DNA from: Phaeosaccion multiseriatum
Lineage: Eukaryota > Protista > Ochrophyta, other classes
Length of the DNA: 64,000 nucleotides
Reading direction: 5' to 3'
NCBI GenBank assembly: GCA_965112735.1
Contig: OZ218958.1
Location: 1,860,001-1,924,000 of the forward strand
Positions 41,871-52,755 of the stretch are shown one piece after another. Every line of letters begins with the position of its first letter. Position 1 is the first letter of the stretch. The notes below the pieces were generated by a model, which searched no databases, was not told where the DNA came from, and saw nothing but the letters and a program-made list of their open reading frames with translations. The position numbers and the translations under genes were made by a program.

Positions 41871-44855
41871 CCCACCGCCGTAAAGCCCACCCCTCTGCGG
41901 CCGCTCCATCCACTGCCATCCACCCCACCCCCACCCCCCCAGGGACGCCTGCGCCACCCTACCTCTCTCTCCCCTCTCTCCCCTCTCTTCCCCTCTCCTC
42001 TCCCCGCGCTCTCCCCTCTCCATGTCCGATAACCCTTGCTGTGTCCTCCTCACCCCCCCTCCCCCTCCACTGCGCTACCCCTCCGGCCTCCCATCCACTG
42101 CCATCCCCTCCCCTCCCTTCCATCCACTGCCATCCCTCCCCCCCCTGCCCATATGCCTGCCCTCCCTTCGCCCTTGCACAGCTCTGCACATTGACGCACG
42201 CTGCGTGGAGGCACTGCAGCTGCTGGTGAAGGTGAGCAGGCGGCAAAGAGGTGGCGGAGGAGGAGGAGGAGGAGGAGGAGGACGAAGAGGAGGCGGAGGT
42301 GGAGAGAGGAGGAGGAGGCGCCTGGACCGCCCGCCCTCGAAGAGAGTGGTGCGAGCGAATGCTCATGCGCTTTGCATTTGTATCTTTCTTTCTCCATCCA
42401 TCTGTGCATCTGTGTACCGCCTCACCCACCCCCCTCTCGTGCGCCTTCTCCCCTCCCCTCCCTGTGTGGGCTGTTCTCCCTCCCTCTCTCCCTCCCTCTC
42501 TCCCCTCCCTCTCTCTCACCTCAGTGGCAGCTGCTTAGCGCTGACGATCAGCAGACGCTCCTGGAGTCTCTCTCTCTGGACGGGAAGGAAGGGGAGTGTC
42601 TGCGCGACCTATACCGGAGCATGGTGGGGGCATACAGGAGTCTCACCCCCGGTGCGTAGAGCGAGCCTTGACCCTCGGTATATCACCCATACAAAGCTTG
42701 CTTGCTCACACCCCTTCATATCTCTCTCTGTCTTCCTGTTCTGTCTGGTGGCGTGTGTGTGCTTGTGTGTGCGTGTGTGTGTGCGTGTGCGTGTGTGTGT
42801 GCGTGTGTGTGTGCGTGGGTCTTAAGCAGACTCCAAGCACCAGGCGGTGTTTAAGCGTCTTGAGGAGCAGGGCCTGGGCAGCAACGGGGATGTCCTCGCA
42901 TCACGAGCAGAGCACTCCTACTACCGCAGCGACCCACGCCAGGTACTGAGTCTCTTGCTCATTGTGCTTCTCTTGTGCGCGTCTGTCTGCCTTCTGCCTG
43001 TCTGTCGTGTCATCTCTAGTGAGTGTAGGGAGTGCAGCAGTGGTGCCGTAAAGGGGAATGGGGCCAGATGTGGTCGGTCGCGTCAGCGTCACACTCACAG
43101 AAGACGCATAGAGACACATACACCCAACACCCGAGCAAAACCTTTTTGAGGCCCTGGACTTGTGTGCTAGTGCCCTCCGCTTTCGTCCTGACACTCACTA
43201 CGACTGACTTGTGTCCTGACACTCACTACGACTGATAGGGTGTGTCCTGACTCTCACTACCCCTATATGACCTGAGGAAGTGTCCTACTAGTACTACCTA
43301 CACAACTACCACCCACTGTCCCTGACCCTTCTGATGCTGACCCTTCAGGCACTGGAGCTGTGCAAGGCCCTCTTGGCCAGAGACCCGCACAACACCACGT
43401 GTCTGCCCATCTATGTGGCGTCCATGGTGGAGCTCAAGATGAAGAACGAGGTGAGGACGGAAAGGAGCAGGAGGAGGAGGGGGGGGGGAGGAAGGAGGAG
43501 GAGGAGGAGGAGGAGGAGGAGGAGGGAGGAGGAAGAGAAGCAGCAGCAGCAGCAACAGGAGGAGGAGGAGGAGGAGGAGGAGGAGGAGGAGGAATAGGAG
43601 GAGGAGGAGGAGGAGGAGGAGGAGGAGGAGGAGGGATATCTCTCTCGCACTCACGCACACACACATACTTGCACACGCGCATTCTCCCCCCCCTCCCCCC
43701 GTGCCTATTTTCTCTTCAGCTGTTCTACGCGGCACACACGCTAGTGGACACGTCTCCCACTGCGGCGGTGAGCTGGTTTGCCGTGGGGTGCTACTACTTC
43801 CTCTTGGGCAGGCACGACATGGCTCAGCACTACTTTCTCAAGGCAAGGTTTATTCCTTCCTCTTTGTTTCCTCTCCTCCTTCCTTTCCTCCCTCCCTCCC
43901 TCCCTTCCTTCCTTCCCACATGCATACGAAAATACCGTCTCTTACCTCCTCCCAAACACTTCTTCCCTCCCCTCCAACTCCCCTGCCCTCCCCTTCCACT
44001 CTCCTGCTCTCCCTCCACCCTCCTCTCCCCCTCCAGGCGACTAAGCTGGATGGACGGATGGTGGCAGCTTGGATCGGCTTCGGCATCGCAGCGGGGCAGG
44101 ACAAGAGCGATCAGGTCAGGTCAAAGGAGGAGAAGGGGGCATTGAAGAAGCCTTGGCGGCTTGGGCCGGCCTTACTCCCTCAGTCACTCACTCACTCACT
44201 CACTGACGGACTGACTGAGCCATTCTCGTCTCCTTCCCTCTTGCTTCATTCCCTGCCTTACTGCCTCGACTGACTGAAACCCAAACACTCTACAAACTGA
44301 ACTGACGTCTTGTCCCTCACCCTTCTCCCCCAGGCCGTGTCTGCCTACCGCACAGCCGCTCGCCTGTTCGAGGGCTGCCACCTCCCGCTGCTGTACATGG
44401 GCATTGAGTACCTACGGACCGACAACCTCAGGTGAGTACATAAGTCAATGGGTGTGTGTGTGCGTGTGTGAGTGTGGGTGCGTGTGCGTGTGTGTGTGTG
44501 GATGTATGTCGTGTGTTGTGTGTGTGTGTGTGGGCGTGGGTGCGTGTTTGTTGTGTGCGGGCGTGTGTGAGTGTGTGTGCCTCACAGGAGGAGAGTGTGG
44601 GGTTGTGTCTCACGTTTCCTCTGCCACACACACTCACACACACACCTCCCCTGCCCATCCGCTGCCATCCCAGCCTGGCCCAACACTTCCTGGAGGCGGC
44701 GGCTTCCCTCCACTCCGGAGACCCCCTCGTCTTCAACGAGTTAGGGGTTATTCTCTATCGCAAAGGCCAGTACGACCAGGCAGCAAACCAGTTTCGAAAG
44801 GTAAGGGAGGGCAGAGGAGGTGTGTGCGTGCGTGTGTGTGTGTGTGTGTGTATGT

Positions 44856-44890
<35 letters not shown>

Positions 44891-45917
44891 CGCGTGTATG
44901 TGTGTGTGTGTGTGTGTGCGTGTACGTGCGTATACTCCTGACGGTCTCTCTTCTGTCCCTCCCTCTCCCTCTGTGTGTGTACCATATCCCCTCCCTCTCT
45001 CTCTGTCACACACACTCTCTTTCTCTCCCTCCCCTCTCCCAAAGGTGATGGACATGGCGAACGAGCTCCCCCTTCCCCTCCGCAAGGCGTGGGAAGGCAC
45101 CGCCTTTAACCTCGGTCACTGCCATCGCAAACTCCGCGACCTCCCTTCGGCCCTCCGCTACTATGAACTCGCACTCGCTATGAACGCCACCAATGCAGGC
45201 ACCCACGCCGCCCTCGGGTTGGTGTATCAGGTGAGCTCTTTCTGTGGTTCGTTATTTTTATCCCGCTGTAAATCGACCTGCTTCTGATCCTACTTCTCTC
45301 CTTCTCTTGATTTTATAAACCTCCTTCCATTCTCTTCTCTTCTCTTCTCTGCTCTCCCGGGTACAATTAATTGTCTCGTATTTTTGGATTATGTATGAAC
45401 TTGTATCAATTGTGTATCATCACTGTGTATGGATGTATGCATGTATGTATGTATGTATGTATGTATGTATGTATTTATGTGTGTTGTGTGTGTATTCCAT
45501 CAGATGCTCGGGAGAATGGACGACGCCATCGACTCTTACCACGTGGCTTTGGGGTTGGAACCCCAAGACCCCTTTGCAAGTGATATGCTCCGCATCGCAC
45601 TCAAGGAAGCTCTTGATCAACCCTTCGATGGTGGGGCGTTGGAGGGTGGGGAGGGGGGAGGGGGGAGAGGCGGGGGGGGCGGAGGAGGAGGAGGAGGAGG
45701 AGGGGCGTGGAAGGGGGGAAGGTTTTCTTGGACAGACAGTCTCGATGCAGGAGGAGGGGGAGAGGAAGGGAGAGGGGGGGGGGTTGGAAGGAGAGGGAGC
45801 TTCATTTCGCTTCACGGGGGGGGTGGGGGGGTTGCAGATGGCGACGACAGTGATGCGCTAGAAGCAAGCATAAGGGAGCACATCGATCGAACTAACGACT
45901 TGAGCATTGGGGATTGA
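40075..45917 (+). CDS. CDC16: Anaphase-promoting complex subunit 6 (TPR protein), about 14 exons
   Basis: SFYADKA, CLPIYVASMVEL, LFYAAHTLVD...VSWFAVGCYY, WIGFG, AYRTAARLFEGCHLPLLYMGIEY, DPLVFNELGV, WEGTAFNLGHCHRKL, AIDSYHVALGLEPQD are APC6 hallmarks. Start uncertain (frame open from about 39673; conserved part from ATG 40549). Confidence 0.92.
41516..41690. repeat. (CTT)n microsatellite in CDC16 intron
   Basis: Directly visible. Confidence 0.95.
43186..43262. repeat. About 28-bp minisatellite (GTCCTGACACTCACTACGACTGA...), 3 copies, intronic
   Basis: Directly visible imperfect tandem units. Confidence 0.75.
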
Positions 45918-46484
45918 GGAGGAGGGGAAGGAGTGAAGAGGGCTTCAAGACGGAGTGCGAGGGGAGGAGGAGGAGGAGGAGGGGGGGGCTTCTTGCTTCA
46001 GCAGCCCGTCCGAAGGCGTGTCAAGCACGTACCTGTGTACATGGCACGGTGGATGGCAGTGGATGGCCCTGCAGCCCAACCCGGTCACAACCGAGGCCCC
46101 CGCCAGACACTTAACTTAAGAGTAAACCCCATCACAGTGCCAGTGGACAAAAAACACACACAACACACACCAGTTGTTACGTATTTTCTCATATTTTTTT
46201 CACAATTGCTCGAATATTCACACTCATCGGGTCGTCTGTCTGTCGTCTGTCGCCCCCCCCCCCCCCCCCTTTTTCGGATGGCTGTCTCTCTCCCCTCTCC
46301 TCCCCTCTCGTTCTCTGCTCTCACTCCCACTCTCTCCCTCTCGTGCTCCTTTCCTTTCCGTCTCACACTCTCCCTGCTTTCATTGCTGTTCGCTTCCTGT
46401 ATTTTGTGTTGTGATTGATACATACGTAGTGGTATGAAATACCTTCCACCACCTAGCCCCGCTGCCTCCTCCTCCTCCTCCTCC

Positions 46485-49400
46485 TCATCCCAGGTTCAAA
46501 GGTGCCTGTCCCCTCAAAAAAGGGTCAAAGCGGCACTCAAAGGCGTCCGGCTCATCCTGCCTCACATCCCAGGCCCAGGGCTCGTCGTCAGCTGCCATCT
46601 GTGCCCCTTGCTGCAGCCCCTGCTGCTTGTACCGCGGAGGTGGCAGGGTGTAGGGCAAAGGAACAAGGTCGAGAGGGAGTCCTCCCGTCTTTGGCGAGGG
46701 TTGGCAGGTGTAGCTGAGCGCCGGGAGGGGCGCGGATGGGGTGCACGAGAAGGGAGGGGAAGCAGGGCCGCAGAGGCGAGACGGTACAAAAAGTACGCTC
46801 ATCTCGTAGTGATCCACCTTCAGCTGAGGAGTGGGTGGCAGGGGGATGGCAGTGAATGGCAGTGGATGGCAGTGGATGTGGCAGGGGGGGGGGGTTGGGA
46901 GGGGGTGGGGGTTGAGAGTGAGCTCTCTACCCCTCTCTTACCATATCCCCTCTTGTTTTTATCTCTTTTATCTCTTTGTCCCTCTCTGTCCCTCCATCCC
47001 TCTAACTCGGAGACTGATCGTCTTCACTCCCGGACTGACCTGAGTCTCGTTCTTCTGCAGCTCACCGAGGGCGGACTTGGACAAGTTGTGACTGCCCATC
47101 ATCAGAAAGCCCAGTGTCGTCTCCCGTTCCTCTCCCTGTCCCTGTCCCCGCCCCTGTCCCTGCCCCGGGCCTGGCGAGGGGGTCGAGGAGAAGTACCGAC
47201 AGAACGTCTTGATGTGCGGCATGACTTGGTTGCGCTGCCATCGGGCCTCTCCCACCCAGCGGTGCAGGTATTGGCGGAGCTTGTTGATGTTGGCTAAGCA
47301 CGGAGGGGAGGAGGGAGGGAGGGAGGGAGGGAGGGAGGGAGGGAGGGAGGGAGGGCAGGCCAGATCAGGGCCAAGGGAAGACGAAAGGGAGTTGGAAAGC
47401 GAAAAGAAAACAAAAACGAAACCTAAACAACTCGACACATAGACACGAGATGCAAAACAATTCAATTGATAGAAGAAAGCGAGAGAGAGAGGGGGGGGGG
47501 GCTAGAGAGAGAGAGAGGGCAGAGAACGAAAGAGACGAAGAGAGGGGGACAGAGAGGAAGAGGGAGAGCGAGAGGAGAGAGGGACGGGGGGGGGAGAGGG
47601 GAGCCGAGAGGAAGAGGGTGAGATAGAGAGGAGGGAGTAGAGGTTTAGAGGCGGGGGCATAGGCTCAGGGTCGAGGAGATGAGGAGATAAAGACCACCGC
47701 CGCTGAAGCACAGTCGTCGTCCTACACGCATTGGTGATATGACCACTTCTCACACCTGTCGTGGCACAGATGGCGCCCCCTGAGCCCCAGCCTTGGATGG
47801 AGGTTCGGACTTGCTCCACAGTGGGCCACACTGAGGGAGGCAGAGGGGGGGGGGGGGGAGGGGGGGAGAGAGAGGGGGGGAAGAGAGAGGGGAGAGAGAG
47901 GAGGGAGAGAGAGGGGAGAGAGGGGAGGGAGAGGGGGGAGAGATGAGGGAGAGAGCGGGGAGAGACGGGGGAGAGAAAGGGGGGGGGGCTAAGGTTGGGG
48001 CAAGATGGGACGTAGTAGCAGTCAGCGACCAGAGGCCAGAGACAAGAGGGCAGGCATCCCTGCTCGCCCACTCCTCCTCCTCCTCCTCCTCCTCCTCCTC
48101 CTCCTCCTTCCTCCTCCTTTCTCCCCTTAACGCACCGAGCTGCAGAGTCTTCTTCATCAAGTCTTTGGATGGTGCAGCGTTTGACCCTCCCCTCTGGGCC
48201 ATGAAGCTCGTCCACAACTGCATGAGCCAGTTAGGACTATTGCCCGCCACGCTGCTGACTTGCAACAGCACGAAGCTCTCCCTCTGGAGGGCGGGCAGAG
48301 GAGGGGCGCTGGACAGTATGTGCCTGACTCGCATGTGTCCGAAGCTGTTGAGAAGATGAGAAGGACAATGCAAGAGAAGGGATGGGCAGGGGGAGGGGGA
48401 GGGGGAGATTCTTAGATAAGTCACTTAAGTCACCTGCGCACCAGACGTCTTGTCTTGCTGGTGGGCAGGGTTGTTGACGTACGACTTACGACATATAAAA
48501 ACAGCTCACTCAATCACTCAACCACCCACGCACTCACTCTTTCCCTCACTCACTCACTCGACTCTCGGTACCTCACTCCCCCAACCACGCACTCCCTCCC
48601 TCCCTCCCTCACTCACTCACTCACTCACTCACTCACTCACTCACTCACTCACTCACTCCCTCACTCACTAACTCACTCACTCACTCACTCACGCACTCAC
48701 TCACCGGTGGATATCTCTCCTTCCCTTGAGATGCTTGCCAGGCACGCTCGGCACGAGCACAGCGGTGGCGCGGGAGAAGTCCGCGCACCCCAGCAGCGCG
48801 GCAAAGGGGATGGCAGGGCCTTTGAGGCGAGTCAAGTAGTCTATCAGGACGGCCGAGAAGTCGTTGCGAGGAAGGGAAGAAGATGAAGATGAAGAAGAAC
48901 AAGACGAAGAAGAGGCCGCTTCTGTTTTGTTTTGTCGTCGCGTTTTTGTGGTGTTGAGCAGGGAAGAGCAGGGCAGGGCAGGGCAGCAGGGCAGCAGGGC
49001 AGGGTGGGGTAGAGCTGAGGTGAGGGCAAGGGCCCAAGGATCGAATGGACACATGATGCGCACCATACAGGGCATCTTCATCATCAACACACAAAGCTCT
49101 CCCTCCTCCTCCCTCCCCCTCCCCCATCCGGGTTGTGGCTCCCCTCCCCACTTTATCTTACTAGTTCATTGCCCTATTGTTTTCACTGCCCCCGCATGGA
49201 TTACGTACCCTTTCCTTTTCCCTTGCCCATTCCCGGCCTGTCCTCTCTGTTGCTGTTGCTGCTGCTGCTGCTGCTGCTCTTCCCCCCCTCCCCCATGTCG
49301 TCCTTCAAGGGAAAGTCTTGGTACCAGCTTCACAGGGGCATACATGGGCGGCAGCAGCAGAGAGGGGGGGGGGGGGGGCAGGGGGAGAGGGGGGAGACAG

Positions 49401-50425
49401 GGGGAGAGGGGGGGGGGGCAGGGGGAGAAGGGGGGAGCATGAGTATGGTCAGCAGCAGCGCCACGCACGAGTACGCTCTCTTCCTCCCCAACCAGCCGCC
49501 AGTGGCCTCCCTTCCTCCCCCTGTCCCTCTCTCCCCATCCCTTTCCCTCTGTCTCCCTCACTATGTACACCTCACCATGCTTGCGTCTTGCCACTCCAGT
49601 CGGTGGGGCAAAAGTTGGCCGTCGCCACCACGACCCTGACGCCGGCCTTCTGACCGATGGAGGGCTTGTCTTCGAAGATTAAGATTATCATCTTCGTATG
49701 CATGCAGCTGGATTGCGCAGCGCAGAGGGGGGTTAGGTAGTGGAGAAGGGGGATCAAATGATGAGAGGAGAGGAGCTCGGTTGGTGTGGCAGGCGTGAGT
49801 ATCCATCCCAACCCCCTATCTCCTCGCACTCTGAGCCCCTCCCTTCTTGAAGGTCCTGTGGGCACTTACGTCCACTCCTGGGTCTTGGCGGGTATCCACT
49901 CCTTGATGTTCCAGGCTTGTGCCATCGCCGGAGACATGAGCATCCCCTGGTGGAGGCGAGCAAGCGTGCATACCAGTCAGAGTGCATACAATCCACCCCA
50001 GTGACTGCCAACCTCAGCCAACACTGCCACACTCAGGTACTACTTACATCCCCATGTCCTCCGTGCCCATGGATGAGGATCTTAGACGCTGCGCTGTCCC
50101 GCAAGCGAGGGCATTCTGCCAAGAGAAAGTTGAAGTCCCAGCCGCAGTTGCTCAGCAGGGCAGATCGCCACTGCCCCGCGAGGAGATCCCGAAGAGACAC
50201 ACAACCAACGTCCATGGAGGAAGACAAACCAAAGCCGGGGTGCGCACTCCCTACCGACACCAAGCGAAAGAGCGGAGGCAAGGATGGGGGGAAGAAGGAG
50301 GAAGAGGTCGCCTCCCTCCTTCGCTTGCGGCTGCCCTCGCTTTCATCGCGTCCACCAACTCTCTTCCTCGTCTCGACCTCATCGTCACTCAGGGAGAGGT
50401 CGATCGCGCTCTGTAGGGACGCCAT
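46485..50425 (-). CDS. TDP1: Tyrosyl-DNA phosphodiesterase 1 (about 9 exons)
   Basis: Two HxK motifs (MHTKMIIL...VRVVVATANF...DW..KTQ; MPHIKTFCR...GSHNLSKSALG), LVPSVPG, GHMRVR, QVSS, VWPTVEQVRTS..GW.SG, YEMSVLF, PLPY.LPP.RY...DEPW. Alternative upstream ATG at 50491. Confidence 0.93.
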
Positions 50426-50608
50426 ATTTGATTTTGATTTTTGATTTTTGTGTATGGCGCGCGGGATTTGAGGGTTGCCATCCGCTGCCATCCGGTGCCG
50501 TCAAGGCGATTGGTTCTCCACCGGAATCTGTGAGCTCGTAACGATTTTCAGGGGACACTCACATTCTCTCTATATTGGGCCATTTTGGTCCTATTTTGGA
50601 GACAAAGC

Positions 50609-52702
50609 ATGGCAAAGCTTGGAGGCACTCTGCTGGCGCCAACCGCGTCTTCGAGAAACCATGCGGTGACGCTGAACTTGCAAGATGTTGGCGCGAGGCG
50701 GGAGCTCTCTCGCTCCCGATCTCCCCTTCGACCTCAGGCCACCATGACTGGCACTGGCCGGGGATCTCCGGCCAGTACTGGCACTGGCGGGGGACTCGGC
50801 TTTGGTAGCTCCTCTCCTCGCGGCAGCCCCTTTTCATGGAGGAATGGCTTTCGGAGGAAAGGCTTGGCGACGGGAGAAGAGGAGGACGGGGAGGAGTGGT
50901 TCAAACGACGGAGGGGGGCGTCCCTTCCTAAGAAGAAGAGGGGCAAGAGAAAGAGGGCGACGGGGACGAAGAGACAGCCGATTGGGGGCCGGAGCCGTAG
51001 GAAGTCGGGTACTGACGGTGCGGGCTTGGCTTGGACCCTCCCGCGGAGTCCCGAGGAAGAGCAGGAAGAGGAGGAGGAGAGCCAAGGGGTCCGACCACAG
51101 GGTGACCAGCACTTGGACAGGGACTTCCTCAAGGAGGAGGAGGAGGAGGAGGAGGAGGAGGAGGAGGAGGAGGAGGAGGAGGAGGAGGAGGAGGAGGAGG
51201 AGGAGGAGGAGCCGCAGCAGCAGGAGCAGCGGGAGGGGGGAGGGGAGGAGGAGAAAAGAGCAAGAAGGAGAACGAGAGCGGCAATGAATGCCGCAATCCC
51301 CACATCTCGTCGCCCACAACATGCGCGTGTGCCTTCTTCCTCCTCGAGCGTTGAAGACGATCGCGATCTGCTTGGTTCTGCAGAGGTGAGTGAGTGAGAG
51401 AGTGAGTGGTTTGTGATTGACTTCTCCGAGTTAGGCAGAGACTCGGTCGATGGGGTACCAGCCAATGTGAAGAATGACCGCACTCCCACTGCAAGCCCCC
51501 CCCCCCCACACACACACCTCTCCCTCCTCTGATGGAGCTTGAGAAGGAAGCAGTGGAGGGCAGCTTGTCCCCTGCTCCTGCTGCCCTCCCTACCCCACCC
51601 GGAGTACCTTGCTTCACACACGGTGTGTGTGTGTGTGGCCCGTCCCCACCCCTCCTTGTCATCTCGCGCCCATATCCACACGCGCACGCACTCCCACACG
51701 TCCATACTCTCCACATGCGTAACCACACATACGCACATACGCACGCCCACGCGCACACAGGCACAGCGAGGCGAAGAGGCCGTGCCGCAGCTCGGCCCCG
51801 ACTGGATCAGCGTGCAGGCCGTCGTTAACAAGTACGCGCGCGCCAACGCTGCTCTCGCAAATGAGCTCCACACCACTCGCGCCAACGCCACTGGTCTGAA
51901 ACGGGCCCTAGCAGAGGCACGGGGGGAGGACGGGCATCGTGCCACAGCTTCAGCAGATGGTGGTACAGCAACCACAAGTCCAGCGATGGCCGACCCCGAG
52001 CTGCTGCTTGAGCGACTTCGAGAGGCCTCAAGTCTCCTGGTGAAGAAGGACGCGGTGCTGCTGCAGCTTCAGGGCGTCATGGCCGAAGCCCTCAAGAGGA
52101 TGGACTCGAAGCTCATGGCGGCCAAGGCGGGGGAGATCCTCGCTCGGGCTGAGGTACAGGAGTTGGTGCTACAGCAGCAGCAGCAGCAGCAGGGGCAAGG
52201 GGAGGTACGGCAGTTGGTGGTACAGCAGCAACAGGAGCAACAACCGCAGCAGCCGAAGGAGGAGGTGAGGGAGGTACGCGAGCTGCTGATACTGACCTCC
52301 CTCTCGCCGGATCCTCGAGGGGGGGGGGCGCGGGGTGGGGCGGGGAAGGAAACGGAAACTGAAACTACGGAAACCCCACTTCGCGTGTCTGGAGAGGGTG
52401 TGAAGAAGCTCCTGCAGGCTTTTTTGGAGAAGGAAGAGGTACGTCAAAGTTCAACGGCACGCAGCAAGCACCACACGGTCAATGCGGTTACGTGCCAAGT
52501 CGATCTCTTTTGCTGGTTTTTTCCTTGTGAGTATTTTCCCTCTTGTGTGTCTATCTCTCTTTATGTACCTTTCTCTCATTCTCTCTTGGTCTCATATCTC
52601 TGTTCATGTGCCTCTCTCTCTATCTCCCTCGCCCCCCCCCCCCTCTGTGTGTGTCTCTCTCTTTCTCTCCCTCTCTCTCTCTCTCCCTCTCTCTCTCTCT
52701 CC

Positions 52703-52755
<53 letters not shown>

